A stretch of DNA of 56,422 nt, taken from IMG/VR virus record IMGVR_UViG_3300032288_002536, positions 1 through 56,422 of that record, one strand, 5' to 3'. The translations under genes were made by a program, and so were the position numbers. Shown here piece after piece: positions 18,739 to 28,461 of this stretch. The notes under the pieces were generated by a model that was not told the origin of the DNA, searched no databases, and worked only from the letters and a program-made list of their open reading frames with translations. The DNA comes from a virus. Its lineage: Duplodnaviria > Caudoviricetes. Within the stretch, counting starts at the first letter, position 1. Every line of letters begins with the position of its first letter.

Positions 18739-21054
18739 ATGGCTTATACTTCGACACAAAGATTCGTAAAGTTAGGTAGTTATCTACTACTAGAATACAA
18801 TTATACTACTGCTCCTACTCCAGAGATTTATTATGTTAATACTGGATCTCCTGCTGTTGGTTTTGAAAAAATAGTAAATGGGTATTTTAATAATTCTGTA
18901 CAGATTTTAAATAATCCAGCTTCGGAATCTACAACTGGGAATGTTAGGGATCTAAGTGTTGTTCAGGTTGATAAAAACAGATTTGTTACATTAGATCAGG
19001 ATTATCTAGTACCTTACTTGGATACTGATCCTAAACTAACTTCTGTAAATAATCTTCCAGTAGTTTTTCCTTCTAATATAGGTGTTTATTACGACAGCAT
19101 AAAATTCCATATAGTAGCTGGGTATAATTTTGAAAATATAGATGGTATAATACTTCAGGGGCAGTTTAGAGAAAGAACTGGAAAGGATGCAACTATATTC
19201 CAGAGAATAATAACTAAAGCTGATACTAATTCAACTGTATTAAATCCCAACCCGATATATCTAGGTGGTGCACTTTACGATCACTATGTAGAGGTTAAGA
19301 TACCTGCTTACGCCAATATGGTTTACGAGTTTGATATCTTGGCTAATACACCAGCACAAGCTAACACTCTAGCTGCTAAGATCTCTTCAGACGGGAATGG
19401 ATTTTTAAAAGATGCCCCGATAAAATTTAGCTTGTATGAGATAAACTCCACAAGCCTTAAGAATGGATATGAGAATTATATAGCACAAGTAAGAAGTCAA
19501 TTATCTATATTTCCTAAGGATAATTACTCATCTCTTTCAGCGGTTATACAAGAAAATCAATTTTATAACTATCTTGAATTTTATCCAGCTTGGGATGGTA
19601 ATTTCTTAGAGGATTTCTTAGATGCTGAAGGAAAGGTTGGTAATGTCTATTATGTAATAAATGAAATAGAAGTTAAGGAACAAATAGGATTAACTTATAT
19701 AACTACTTACAATTTTAGTAGTACACAAACTAGTGATTTTAATTCGCCATCTATATTTAGACCTATTCTAATAAACCCTTTAACTACTTCCTTTGTAGTA
19801 AATTATACTATGAGACTTGTTAATAAAGGAAACCAGAATCAGATAATAAGGAGATCTACGTTTAGCTCGTTTAATGTAAATAAATACGGGAAGGAAAACA
19901 ATACTATATCTTTAACCACTGGTGCTTATTCTCAGAAGGTTTATAACAAAGTGGTACAAGCTCCTAATGTTATATCAGGGGGTCCTTCCGTAACTCCTTC
20001 TTTACCAACAGAGAAAAGAATCCCAGTTTTTTACAAGGATAATAACATATCAGTAACCAAGGAGACTCTTACTATAGACAAGAATGGTAACATAATATCT
20101 GAAACATCTATACCCGGATCTACTCAGATATATGGACAAGGGAAAGCTAAGATATTAGTTGATCCATTTGATAACTTCTATAAGTTTACAGTTTATAACT
20201 ATAAAGAGGGAAATTCCCCAGAGATATTAGACTTAGGAACATCCCTTAGTTACTATATAGTTTTCTTAGACAGTACCGGTCAGAGTGTAAGAGTTGAAAA
20301 CATAAAGAATAAAACAACAATTTCTAATCCATCTTCCGGACAGATAGCTTTTAAAGTAGTAGAAACTAATTCTAAGAAGGTATTGGGATTTGTATCTAGA
20401 GATTTTTATATAGTTTCTAGAACCCCTGATGGCATAGAAACTAAGCTTTATTCGGGGTCATGGGAAACCCAGGCTGAATTTATAGCAAGAACAGAAGTTG
20501 TAAATACTACATCTTCCTCAACTGGAGTTACTGGAGCACCAGTAGTAACTACAACTGATGTAGCTAGTACGGGATCTACAGGAACTACTGGATCTTCTAC
20601 CACTACTGGATCACAGATAGCTTCTAGGGTTCCTGTTACTAAACTCATCAAAAAAGTAAGACCTTATTCTCTTGGAAGTAGTTCTATATTAAGTGTTAAA
20701 CCAACATCGATATTAAATACAACGGGGGGATTTGTAAATACCGCTGGATCTAATAAGAGCGTTCCGCTTCAGAGTAGCACTCAGGTTAATAATATAAATA
20801 TTGATGCTCTAGCAGATTCTATATCAGGAAGGGAGGCTCAAGGATTAAACGTACAGAAAGTAGTAAATTATTATTTTACTCCAGGAGCACCTGGATCTGT
20901 TTTATTTAAGGGATTAAAAGCTAGCCAGTTTTTAACTGCAGCTTTACAGGTTCATCCTAAATTTGCTAATTCAGTATTTGATCCTAAATATATTCAGTAT
21001 TGTAATGCTCTCGGATTCCCTGTTACTGACGATCCTGGATCTGTTAAAAAATAA
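18739..21054 (+). CDS. Putative virion structural protein with T/S/G-rich linker
   Basis: 771-aa ORF; AATATATA at 18727-18734 directly upstream. Confidence 0.5.
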   Translation: MAYTSTQRFVKLGSYLLLEYNYTTAPTPEIYYVNTGSPAVGFEKIVNGYFNNSVQILNNPASESTTGNVRDLSVVQVDKNRFVTLDQDYLVPYLDTDPKLTSVNNLPVVFPSNIGVYYDSIKFHIVAGYNFENIDGIILQGQFRERTGKDATIFQRIITKADTNSTVLNPNPIYLGGALYDHYVEVKIPAYANMVYEFDILANTPAQANTLAAKISSDGNGFLKDAPIKFSLYEINSTSLKNGYENYIAQVRSQLSIFPKDNYSSLSAVIQENQFYNYLEFYPAWDGNFLEDFLDAEGKVGNVYYVINEIEVKEQIGLTYITTYNFSSTQTSDFNSPSIFRPILINPLTTSFVVNYTMRLVNKGNQNQIIRRSTFSSFNVNKYGKENNTISLTTGAYSQKVYNKVVQAPNVISGGPSVTPSLPTEKRIPVFYKDNNISVTKETLTIDKNGNIISETSIPGSTQIYGQGKAKILVDPFDNFYKFTVYNYKEGNSPEILDLGTSLSYYIVFLDSTGQSVRVENIKNKTTISNPSSGQIAFKVVETNSKKVLGFVSRDFYIVSRTPDGIETKLYSGSWETQAEFIARTEVVNTTSSSTGVTGAPVVTTTDVASTGSTGTTGSSTTTGSQIASRVPVTKLIKKVRPYSLGSSSILSVKPTSILNTTGGFVNTAGSNKSVPLQSSTQVNNINIDALADSISGREAQGLNVQKVVNYYFTPGAPGSVLFKGLKASQFLTAALQVHPKFANSVFDPKYIQYCNALGFPVTDDPGSVKK

Positions 21055-21062
21055 TTTGAATA

Positions 21063-21614
21063 ATGATATTAAACGTTAGACAGAACGGATTTATATTTAA
21101 TTTTCCGAAGGGATTTATTCTAGATGAGGTAGTACAGAAATATGAGAAATATATCACGAGGATGCCTATTCCTTATGATACTGTTAATGATTTTATAAAT
21201 TCAACTATACAGCAGGTAAACTTTCCTACTCTAAGAACAATAGACACCACTGAGCAAATTAGGCCAGGAGGTTTTAGGCAAAGCTATAAGAGTGCAACTA
21301 CACTACAGAACTTAATACAAAGGGATTTTACTGTTACATTTAAGTTGGGTGAAGGTTTTATAAACTACTGGGTTCTGTATGAGAATATCGTAAAATTTCT
21401 AGATTTTCAAAACCCGGAACAATATCTTCAGGACTTCCGATTGTTACTGTTAGATAATGATGGTATAGTTATGGCTAGCGTTCTTTTACAACAGCCGATA
21501 TATACATCATTATCAGAAATTCAGCTAAATTATGCGAGTACTACACCGCAGTTTACAACATTTAGTATTGGATTCAAATGTAACTACGTTGATGTTAAAC
21601 TTGAAATCGGATAA
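21063..21614 (+). CDS. Tail-tube-fold protein, T4 gp3-like tail completion protein
   Basis: Size, IQQVNFP...FTVTF...NYW...SLSEIQL..F pattern, and position near uvsY/uvsW as in T4-like phages. Confidence 0.55.
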   Translation: MILNVRQNGFIFNFPKGFILDEVVQKYEKYITRMPIPYDTVNDFINSTIQQVNFPTLRTIDTTEQIRPGGFRQSYKSATTLQNLIQRDFTVTFKLGEGFINYWVLYENIVKFLDFQNPEQYLQDFRLLLLDNDGIVMASVLLQQPIYTSLSEIQLNYASTTPQFTTFSIGFKCNYVDVKLEIG

Positions 21615-22290
21615 GAGAATAATTGGAATAGACTTCTCTTTAAATAGCCCTGGGTTTTGTATATTAGATTATGATTCTTGTAAGTGGATTAGTCTTCACC
21701 GGACTAAAAACATTATAGATAAGATGCTCGTTAAGGATGGATCACCTTTTAAAATTCTAAATGATAACCCTAGAGTAGATATAAATATTATAGGGAAGAA
21801 GGAGTTCAAGGGTGAGTATCATATTATTGAGAGAGATAAAATAATTAATGCTGTTTATTTTTCTGAACTAGTCATTGATTTGTTAACACCATATCTGGAT
21901 GAAAATACTATAGTAGGTATGGAAGGATTATCATTTGGATCATCTGGTAATTCGTTGATTGATATCTCTATGACAACAGCACTAGTTAGATCCTCTATAA
22001 TTAAAAAAATAGATCCTAATAATTTCTTTGTTTTGTCACCTACAACTATTAAAAAATTTGCATTAAAGGGTAATTCAAAAAAAGATGAGTTGTATCAAAA
22101 ATTGATAGAGGATAGGATAGATGACAATAGATTAAAACCATTTTTGAATGTTTTGAGAGAATATAAGGACACATGGATTAAAGGGCCAAATAAAGTAGAG
22201 AATCCATGCTCAGATTTAGTTGATGCAACATGGATTTCTTTATTCGTTGAGGAAAATTTAGAGAAACTTTTAGCTGGTAAAAAGATATAA
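21592..22290 (+). CDS. RuvC-like Holliday junction resolvase / RNase H-fold nuclease
   Basis: IIGIDFSLNSPG, MEGLSFGS, PTTIKKFA..GNSKKDE, DLVDA; start placed at ATG 21592. Confidence 0.8.
   Translation: MLNLKSDKRIIGIDFSLNSPGFCILDYDSCKWISLHRTKNIIDKMLVKDGSPFKILNDNPRVDINIIGKKEFKGEYHIIERDKIINAVYFSELVIDLLTPYLDENTIVGMEGLSFGSSGNSLIDISMTTALVRSSIIKKIDPNNFFVLSPTTIKKFALKGNSKKDELYQKLIEDRIDDNRLKPFLNVLREYKDTWIKGPNKVENPCSDLVDATWISLFVEENLEKLLAGKKI
22263..22290 (+). promoter_or_regulatory. Putative middle/replication-gene promoter GAAAC-N18-TATAA
   Basis: Recurrent bipartite motif upstream of replication genes. Confidence 0.55.
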
Positions 22291-22326
22291 CTATTAAATA
22301 AGTATAATTTAAATAATTTAAGAACT

Positions 22327-23286
22327 ATGGAAGACAATTTTGACATTTTTAATCTGGACAATGAAGCTTTTGTTAAACAAGAAGTTAAGAGAGACGAGGA
22401 TGAATTTATTTACAAACCTTACCCTGAATTAGGTAAGGATGGGGTTTACAAATCTTTGGTTAGATTTTTACCAAATATTACAAATCCTAAAAAATCAAAA
22501 ATCCATCAATACTACGTTTGGTTGAAAGACCCTGTAGATGGAACTAATCACAAAGCAATCTGCCCTTCAACAGTAGGGAAAAAATCAATACTTAAGGATC
22601 TTTACTGGAAGCTTAAAAATTCTGCTTCTGCGAAGGATCAAGAAATATCTAAAGCTTTCTCTAGAAAGGAGGATTTCTATTCTTTAATTCAGGTAGTTAA
22701 AGATGCTAACCGACCAGATCTTGAAGGAAAGATAATGATTTTTAAATTCGGTAGAAAGGTTAATGACATGATCGAACAGCAAATTAAACCTGAATTTGGA
22801 AATCCGTCAAATCCTTATGATCTTTTCGAAGGTAAAAATTTCGGTATTCAAGTTAGAAAAGTAGGGGAATGGAACAACTACGACCTTTGTCAATTCGTTG
22901 GTGATAAAATGCCAATAATGATTGAGGGTGAAGCTGTAGAGAAAACCGAATCAGGAAGAGATGTCGTAACTAAATATCTTAAGACTGGACCTCTAGATTT
23001 AGATAAGTATGATTATAATGACTGGAGTGATGAGGAGAGCGAAAAGATAATGAGAATCATAAGAAACACTATTCCTGACGGAAGAATGGTTTCTGAAATT
23101 ATAGGATCTAGCTCTGATTCTAAATCTTCAGGATCATCAGTTTCTGTTGATGATTTTTATGAGCAGGCAAACACTTCAAAATCTACTTCCGTTGAGGCAG
23201 ATGAAGAAGCAGCTCCAGCAAAATCTTCAAAACCAGCTACTAAAAAATCCGCACCATCATTAGACGATCTATATAACGATCTATAA
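22327..23286 (+). CDS. T4 gp32-like single-stranded DNA-binding protein
   Basis: VRFLP, IQVVKD..RPDLEGKIMIFKFGRKV, NPYDLFEGKNF, NYD; acidic tail ending LDDLYNDL. Confidence 0.9.
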   Translation: MEDNFDIFNLDNEAFVKQEVKRDEDEFIYKPYPELGKDGVYKSLVRFLPNITNPKKSKIHQYYVWLKDPVDGTNHKAICPSTVGKKSILKDLYWKLKNSASAKDQEISKAFSRKEDFYSLIQVVKDANRPDLEGKIMIFKFGRKVNDMIEQQIKPEFGNPSNPYDLFEGKNFGIQVRKVGEWNNYDLCQFVGDKMPIMIEGEAVEKTESGRDVVTKYLKTGPLDLDKYDYNDWSDEESEKIMRIIRNTIPDGRMVSEIIGSSSDSKSSGSSVSVDDFYEQANTSKSTSVEADEEAAPAKSSKPATKKSAPSLDDLYNDL

Positions 23287-23302
23287 AAATCGATAGATTG
23301 TT

Positions 23303-24376
23303 ATGGACACAAAGACTATAAGTGGGCTTTCTGTAGATAGATTGAAAGGAATCGTAGGTTCCGCTCTACTTAAGTTCTTTGGAAATGATCCTCAAAGATT
23401 GAAGATTTACCAAGGGGGCAACAGATTAAACTTCTGTTGTCCCTATTGTGGTGATTCCAAAGATGCAAGAAAGAAAAGAGGAAATCTATACAGTGATACT
23501 TTAACATATAAATGTTATAATGGAGGGTGTGGGGTATTCAAAAATCTAAATCAATTTACTAGGGATTTTGAAATACAATCAATGCTTAGTACCGATGAGA
23601 TATCAGAGATTGCTGAAATATCAAGGAGCTCTACCATTAGAAAAAAGATAAGGAATTCCCTTGATTACTTTTTTACCGAAAATTATAAGGACATACTTAT
23701 AGACAGAGAGGAGTTAAAGGAATGCTTAAATCTAACCGAGGTTAAAGGAACGTACGGAGAAAAGTGGCTATTAGAAAGAAATCACAATCCAGATTCCAAA
23801 TTTCTATGGGATCCTAGCAGAAGAAATCTATACCTCCTAAATCTTTCCGGAGATGAAACTAAAATAATAGGATTACAGATAAGACCTATAGTTAAGAAAA
23901 ACGGAGGGAGTAAATACTACACTTATAAGCTTAGTGGGATATACAAGAATCTTCTTAAGATAACGAATCCGGAGATTATATTAAAAGCTGAGGAGGTTGA
24001 TCCTATATCCAGTGTATTTGGATTTTCTACTGTTGATCTGGACTCAATGATAACAACTTTTGAAGGTCCTTTGGATGCTTGGCTTTGCCCTAACTCAATA
24101 GCTCTTTGTTCTATAAATAATCCATTTCCTTTTGATGTGTTAAACAAAAGATGGATGCTAGATGGTGATGATGTGGGTAGACAGAAAGCTAGGGAATTTT
24201 TAGAGAAGGGTGAGCAAGTTTTTTTATGGGGTAGATTCATTAAGGAGTGTGAGCTTCCAGAGAGAGATAAATGGGATTTAAATGATGTTGTGGATTATGT
24301 TAGATCTACTGGAAAGAAAATAAAGAGATTGGATCATTTCTTTTCTTCTGATAAATGGGATATTATAGATATATGA
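23303..24376 (+). CDS. T4 gp61-like DNA primase
   Basis: Zn finger NFCCPYCGDS..KKRG..YKCYNGGC; TOPRIM FEGPLD, LDGD, DLND. Confidence 0.9.
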   Translation: MDTKTISGLSVDRLKGIVGSALLKFFGNDPQRLKIYQGGNRLNFCCPYCGDSKDARKKRGNLYSDTLTYKCYNGGCGVFKNLNQFTRDFEIQSMLSTDEISEIAEISRSSTIRKKIRNSLDYFFTENYKDILIDREELKECLNLTEVKGTYGEKWLLERNHNPDSKFLWDPSRRNLYLLNLSGDETKIIGLQIRPIVKKNGGSKYYTYKLSGIYKNLLKITNPEIILKAEEVDPISSVFGFSTVDLDSMITTFEGPLDAWLCPNSIALCSINNPFPFDVLNKRWMLDGDDVGRQKAREFLEKGEQVFLWGRFIKECELPERDKWDLNDVVDYVRSTGKKIKRLDHFFSSDKWDIIDI

Positions 24377-24549
24377 AAAACAAATTAGACATAAAGTTTC
24401 CTATAGATCTTAAAGGGGATCTTGAAATCCCTGATTTTGATTTATCTCAAAATTTTTCCACTCCTAAATTGAAAAATAAAATAAGTTCTGAGGTAAAAGA
24501 AATAACTAAAAATAAAAAAAGCAAATGTCAGAGCAGCAAGCTAATGTAG
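24373..24549 (+). CDS. Small hypothetical protein
   Basis: ORF bridging primase and uvsY; ATG 24373 overlaps the primase stop (ATGA). Confidence 0.5.
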   Translation: MKNKLDIKFPIDLKGDLEIPDFDLSQNFSTPKLKNKISSEVKEITKNKKSKCQSSKLM

Positions 24550-24992
24550 AAAAGAAAGATTTTGGTAGGGAGTTCCAATTGGAAAGAGAGGAATGGACTG
24601 AGAGAATAAGAGTTCTTTCTGTTAGGATGAAGAATATAAAAGAGTTAGCTGAGGTTCAGGTAGAGCTTTATTCTAGTAGGCAAATATTATTGGAAATGTA
24701 TTCTAAGCTCGGACAAGTTATGGTCAAGCTTAATTCTAAATACAGGAAAGATAAAGCAGACAGACTTAGGTATTATTCTGAATCTGTCCAAGTTAAATAC
24801 GGAGCTAATGAGAAAACACCATTGATTGATGGGGATTTATCAGAGCTTAAAGAAAGAATGGATCTAGTCGATGGACAAATTTCATTCTTTAACGAGACTA
24901 TGAAAACCGTAGATCATATGCTCTATGGCGTGAAGAGTCGTATAGCATTGGAAGAATACTTAAGATCCGGTGCGGTGAAAAATAATTATTAA
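24525..24992 (+). CDS. uvsY: UvsY-like recombination mediator
   Basis: All-helical, RLRYYS...IDGD...KTVDHMLYGVKSRI; adjacent to uvsW. Confidence 0.7.
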   Translation: MSEQQANVEKKDFGREFQLEREEWTERIRVLSVRMKNIKELAEVQVELYSSRQILLEMYSKLGQVMVKLNSKYRKDKADRLRYYSESVQVKYGANEKTPLIDGDLSELKERMDLVDGQISFFNETMKTVDHMLYGVKSRIALEEYLRSGAVKNNY

Positions 24993-24994
24993 TA

Positions 24995-26536
24995 ATGTTA
25001 ATATTTAGGGTAAGTGAGGATAATAATTGGTTGAGTTTAATAGATTATTCGGAAGAATTTGAAAGGAAACAGATAGAGATATCCTTAACTAAAAAAATAC
25101 ATAATCATTTCTTTCACCCTCTTGTTAAGAAAAAACATTGGGATGGATCAATATGTTTTGTCGATAAGAAATTACCCGTGTGGAGAGTTCCTATTGGTCT
25201 TTGGTCTGAAGTATATCAGATATGCGAGAAATATAAAATAGATGTAAAGATTGATGGATTAGAAAGGCTAATAGATCAGGGTTTCACATTAGAGGATTTT
25301 ACTGATTGGTGTAATGAATTTTTCAAAGATGGTGTAGGTGGAGATCCTAATAAGATGCCAAGGGATTATCAGATAGAGACTGCATGGAAAATAATAAAAT
25401 TTAAACTATCTGTTTCTGAGGTTGCAACTAGTTCAGGTAAGACGCTTATTGCTTTTATTGTTATGGCTTATCTTAAGGAGGTAATGAAAGTTAAGAAATT
25501 CCTTATGATTGTTCCTAACACTAATCTAGTTATACAAGGATCTGAGGATTTTGAAGAATATGGATTGGAAAAACTTGAAGATTGTGAAATACAACAAATA
25601 CACGGAGCCAATAAGAAAAAAATATCTGGTGGATTGATGATAGGTACATATCAATCACTTGTTAAGATGGATGCGGAATTTTTTGATGATGTAGAGGCAG
25701 TATTTGTAGATGAATGTCACCAAGCTCAAAGTGCTTCGATTAAAAAAGTAGTTGCTCTGTGTAAAGATTCTAAATGGAGATTTGGATTATCTGGTACTCT
25801 AGCAAATAAAAACACTGCTGAGTACCTAACTATACAGCAATTTCTTGGACCTCTTATAATGGAGATCTCACCTAAATTTCTTTTTGATAACAAATATGCA
25901 ACACCAGTTTCTATCAAGATAGTAAAGATGGATTGGATGGATCAGGAAGTAAAAGAAAAACTTGCTACACTGAAAGAAAACAAGACTGAAATGGAGGGTA
26001 ATGAGATATTTAACCTTGAAAGAAAGTTGGTTGTTGCTTCTGATAAGAGATTAAATTATATAATAGATTTCGTATTAAAAACATCTAAAAATTCTTTAAT
26101 ATTATTTCAATCGGTTGGCGAAGGATACGGTAAAAGAATATACGAAGGTATTAGGGAAAGATCGAATGATAGAGAGGTTTATTATATAGACGGGGATACA
26201 GATCCAGACAAGAGAGATATTTTTACAAAAAGAATGGAGGAGGGAACAAATAAGATAATGGTTGCTTCCTTTGGTACTATGTCTACCGGTATATCTGTAA
26301 AAAATATACATAATATATTTCTCACGGAGTCATATAAATCTGAGGTACTTATAAAACAAAGTCTAGGAAGGGGTATGAGATTATTTGATGGTAAAGAGAA
26401 GGTTAATATTATAGATTTTGTAGATGACTTCTCTTTTGGTGGTAAGGACAATTATTTAATGAAGCATTCCAAGGAAAGAATAGAAATTTACAAGAAAGAA
26501 CACTTCGAATATAAGATATACAATATCAAAATTTAG
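24995..26536 (+). CDS. uvsW: UvsW-like SF2 DNA helicase
   Basis: WDG N-terminal motif, PRDYQ, ATSSGKT, DECH, GLSGT, STGIS, QSLGRGMR, IIDFVDD. Confidence 0.93.
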   Translation: MLIFRVSEDNNWLSLIDYSEEFERKQIEISLTKKIHNHFFHPLVKKKHWDGSICFVDKKLPVWRVPIGLWSEVYQICEKYKIDVKIDGLERLIDQGFTLEDFTDWCNEFFKDGVGGDPNKMPRDYQIETAWKIIKFKLSVSEVATSSGKTLIAFIVMAYLKEVMKVKKFLMIVPNTNLVIQGSEDFEEYGLEKLEDCEIQQIHGANKKKISGGLMIGTYQSLVKMDAEFFDDVEAVFVDECHQAQSASIKKVVALCKDSKWRFGLSGTLANKNTAEYLTIQQFLGPLIMEISPKFLFDNKYATPVSIKIVKMDWMDQEVKEKLATLKENKTEMEGNEIFNLERKLVVASDKRLNYIIDFVLKTSKNSLILFQSVGEGYGKRIYEGIRERSNDREVYYIDGDTDPDKRDIFTKRMEEGTNKIMVASFGTMSTGISVKNIHNIFLTESYKSEVLIKQSLGRGMRLFDGKEKVNIIDFVDDFSFGGKDNYLMKHSKERIEIYKKEHFEYKIYNIKI

Positions 26537-26543
26537 AAAATGT

Positions 26544-26551
26544 GATATATA
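26544..26551 (+). promoter_or_regulatory. Putative late promoter GATATATA
   Basis: Intergenic motif. Confidence 0.65.
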
Positions 26552-26569
26552 GAGTAGAAATAATTTATC

Positions 26570-27178
26570 TTGATGACAAGAATTAAAAATTTTAAGGATT
26601 TCTGTTTTATTAATGAGTCTGCTGATGACCTTTTTTTCAGAAGGCACTTAGGTAATACTGGCTCTACATACGATAGTAGAGCTAAAAATCATTACGATCT
26701 AGGAGATAAGCCTTCAGTACTTACAAAGACCCATAACTTCTTCCAGAGAATGGAAGATAGAATAAACAGGGCAGCAGAAATAGGAAAATCCCAAGTAAGA
26801 CAAAATAGAGCAGCCAGACCTTATGGTGGACCTGATACAGGATTTGAAATATTGTTTGGGGCAGTTTCTGTTATACCTAATGTACTTAAAAGAGTATTTG
26901 CTCCCACTAAATATGAATTTAGTAAGAAGGCTTCTTCAGATGAAGCTGTTGATGTCGAATTTATTAGACATACCAATGAAGATTTTGCTAAAAATGAATT
27001 ACCTAATATAAAAACGGAGGACCAACTTGCAGATCATATAGGTGATTTATATAGTAGAGGCGACGTTAGAATGGGAGAGGTTCCTGTTTTAGATGACATT
27101 GCTAGGAATAGAGCTAATCTTTATTATCAGCATCAGGAAAATCCTAATCAGCCTATATTCCAACCAAATAATTTATAA
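26570..27178 (+). CDS. Hypothetical protein with capsid-targeting-like N-terminus
   Basis: RIKNFKDFCFINES. Confidence 0.6.
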   Translation: MMTRIKNFKDFCFINESADDLFFRRHLGNTGSTYDSRAKNHYDLGDKPSVLTKTHNFFQRMEDRINRAAEIGKSQVRQNRAARPYGGPDTGFEILFGAVSVIPNVLKRVFAPTKYEFSKKASSDEAVDVEFIRHTNEDFAKNELPNIKTEDQLADHIGDLYSRGDVRMGEVPVLDDIARNRANLYYQHQENPNQPIFQPNNL

Positions 27179-27180
27179 AA

Positions 27181-28002
27181 ATGAAAAAATTCTCCTTAGC
27201 AGTAGAAAAAAAGAAACAAGAATTAAATGAAAGCCAGATGGTTTCAGAGAGAAACCTCTATTTGGACTTCTCTAAAAAGTATCATAAAAAGCATGGTGTT
27301 TCTGGACCTTTTGATAAAAAGTTTAAAGGAGACAGAGATGAGCAAGAAAGATACATGGATGGTCTTGCGAAAGAGTGGGAAGAGCATAAAAAGAAGCATG
27401 GTATAAAGACTAAATCTAGTAAAGGCAAATTTGATTTTGCTAAGAAAAAAATGAATGAATCTAAGTCTTTAGAAATGGCTAGAAAAATGGTAGGTGATGG
27501 CGGAGATCCTAATTATCATTTTGTAACTATGTGTGATGATTTCTACTACGAGAAGGGCGGAGAGATGGTTAGATATAGTAAATATATGGATACAGCTCCT
27601 CTTAAAATAAAGACCACACCAGATTTAGGAGCATACACATTTGGACCTTTTGCAAATTTAGAAGAATCTAAAATGTTTGCAGCAAGTATAGAGCTGGATG
27701 AGATAAATGGTCCTAGAATGGTTACCATAGAAGATAGAAAAAGTGGTGATGTATATTCTAAATTTCTAACTTGTAAAATGCAACCTGTTTGGAATGAAAT
27801 AGAAGAAGAAGAGGAGGAGTACGAAGAAGAGGAGGAAGAAGATGATGAGGAATATGAAGATCCTAGTGCTGAATATACCTATGGTGAAGAGAACGAAGAA
27901 GAAGAGGATGAAGACGAAGACGAGGATGATGAAGAAGAAGATGACGATCATGATGATGAGTACGTAGCTAATGTTCCTCAGGATGATTCTGAAGAGGAAT
28001 AA
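27181..28002 (+). CDS. Protein with basic N-terminus and long acidic C-terminal tract (possible head core/internal protein)
   Basis: K-rich first half, ELNES and KMNES motifs, ~65-aa E/D tail. Confidence 0.55.
   Translation: MKKFSLAVEKKKQELNESQMVSERNLYLDFSKKYHKKHGVSGPFDKKFKGDRDEQERYMDGLAKEWEEHKKKHGIKTKSSKGKFDFAKKKMNESKSLEMARKMVGDGGDPNYHFVTMCDDFYYEKGGEMVRYSKYMDTAPLKIKTTPDLGAYTFGPFANLEESKMFAASIELDEINGPRMVTIEDRKSGDVYSKFLTCKMQPVWNEIEEEEEEYEEEEEEDDEEYEDPSAEYTYGEENEEEEDEDEDEDDEEEDDDHDDEYVANVPQDDSEEE
27802..27999 (+). repeat. Low-complexity GAA/GAG/GAT coding tract (poly-E/D)
   Basis: Read directly. Confidence 0.85.
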
Positions 28003-28017
28003 CACCAGGTATAAAAT

Positions 28018-28461
28018 ATGCTTAATCCAACCCAAAATCAAGCACTGTACCCAGTTCTTCAGCACTATACAGGATGTAAGATATTATCAATATCATCAGA
28101 GGGTGAGGATCTTTCTTTCAAAACCTATATGGGAGATGGGGGAATTTTAAAAAAAGATAGAAGGGGTAATTGGATTATAAAGATAGGAGACGAAATTATT
28201 TATAAGATAGAAAAGGACGTATTTAATGTTTTAATAAAACCCAGTAAGAAGAATTCTCTGGAGGATTATATAGAAATTTTAAATGAATTATATAATAGCT
28301 CAAGAATAAGCTACAGGTCGAAGCTACTTGTTATGAACATCCTTAAATTTTTAGAAGAATATATAATAGGGTCCGATTTTTTACCCAAAAGTAATATAAG
28401 AGTGGGTATATTTATGGTTTTTAATATTTGCGGTACCAAAATTATTAATTGTTTAAACTAA
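28018..28461 (+). CDS. Hypothetical protein
   Basis: 147-aa ORF filling the gap, stop overlaps next ATG. Confidence 0.6.
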   Translation: MLNPTQNQALYPVLQHYTGCKILSISSEGEDLSFKTYMGDGGILKKDRRGNWIIKIGDEIIYKIEKDVFNVLIKPSKKNSLEDYIEILNELYNSSRISYRSKLLVMNILKFLEEYIIGSDFLPKSNIRVGIFMVFNICGTKIINCLN

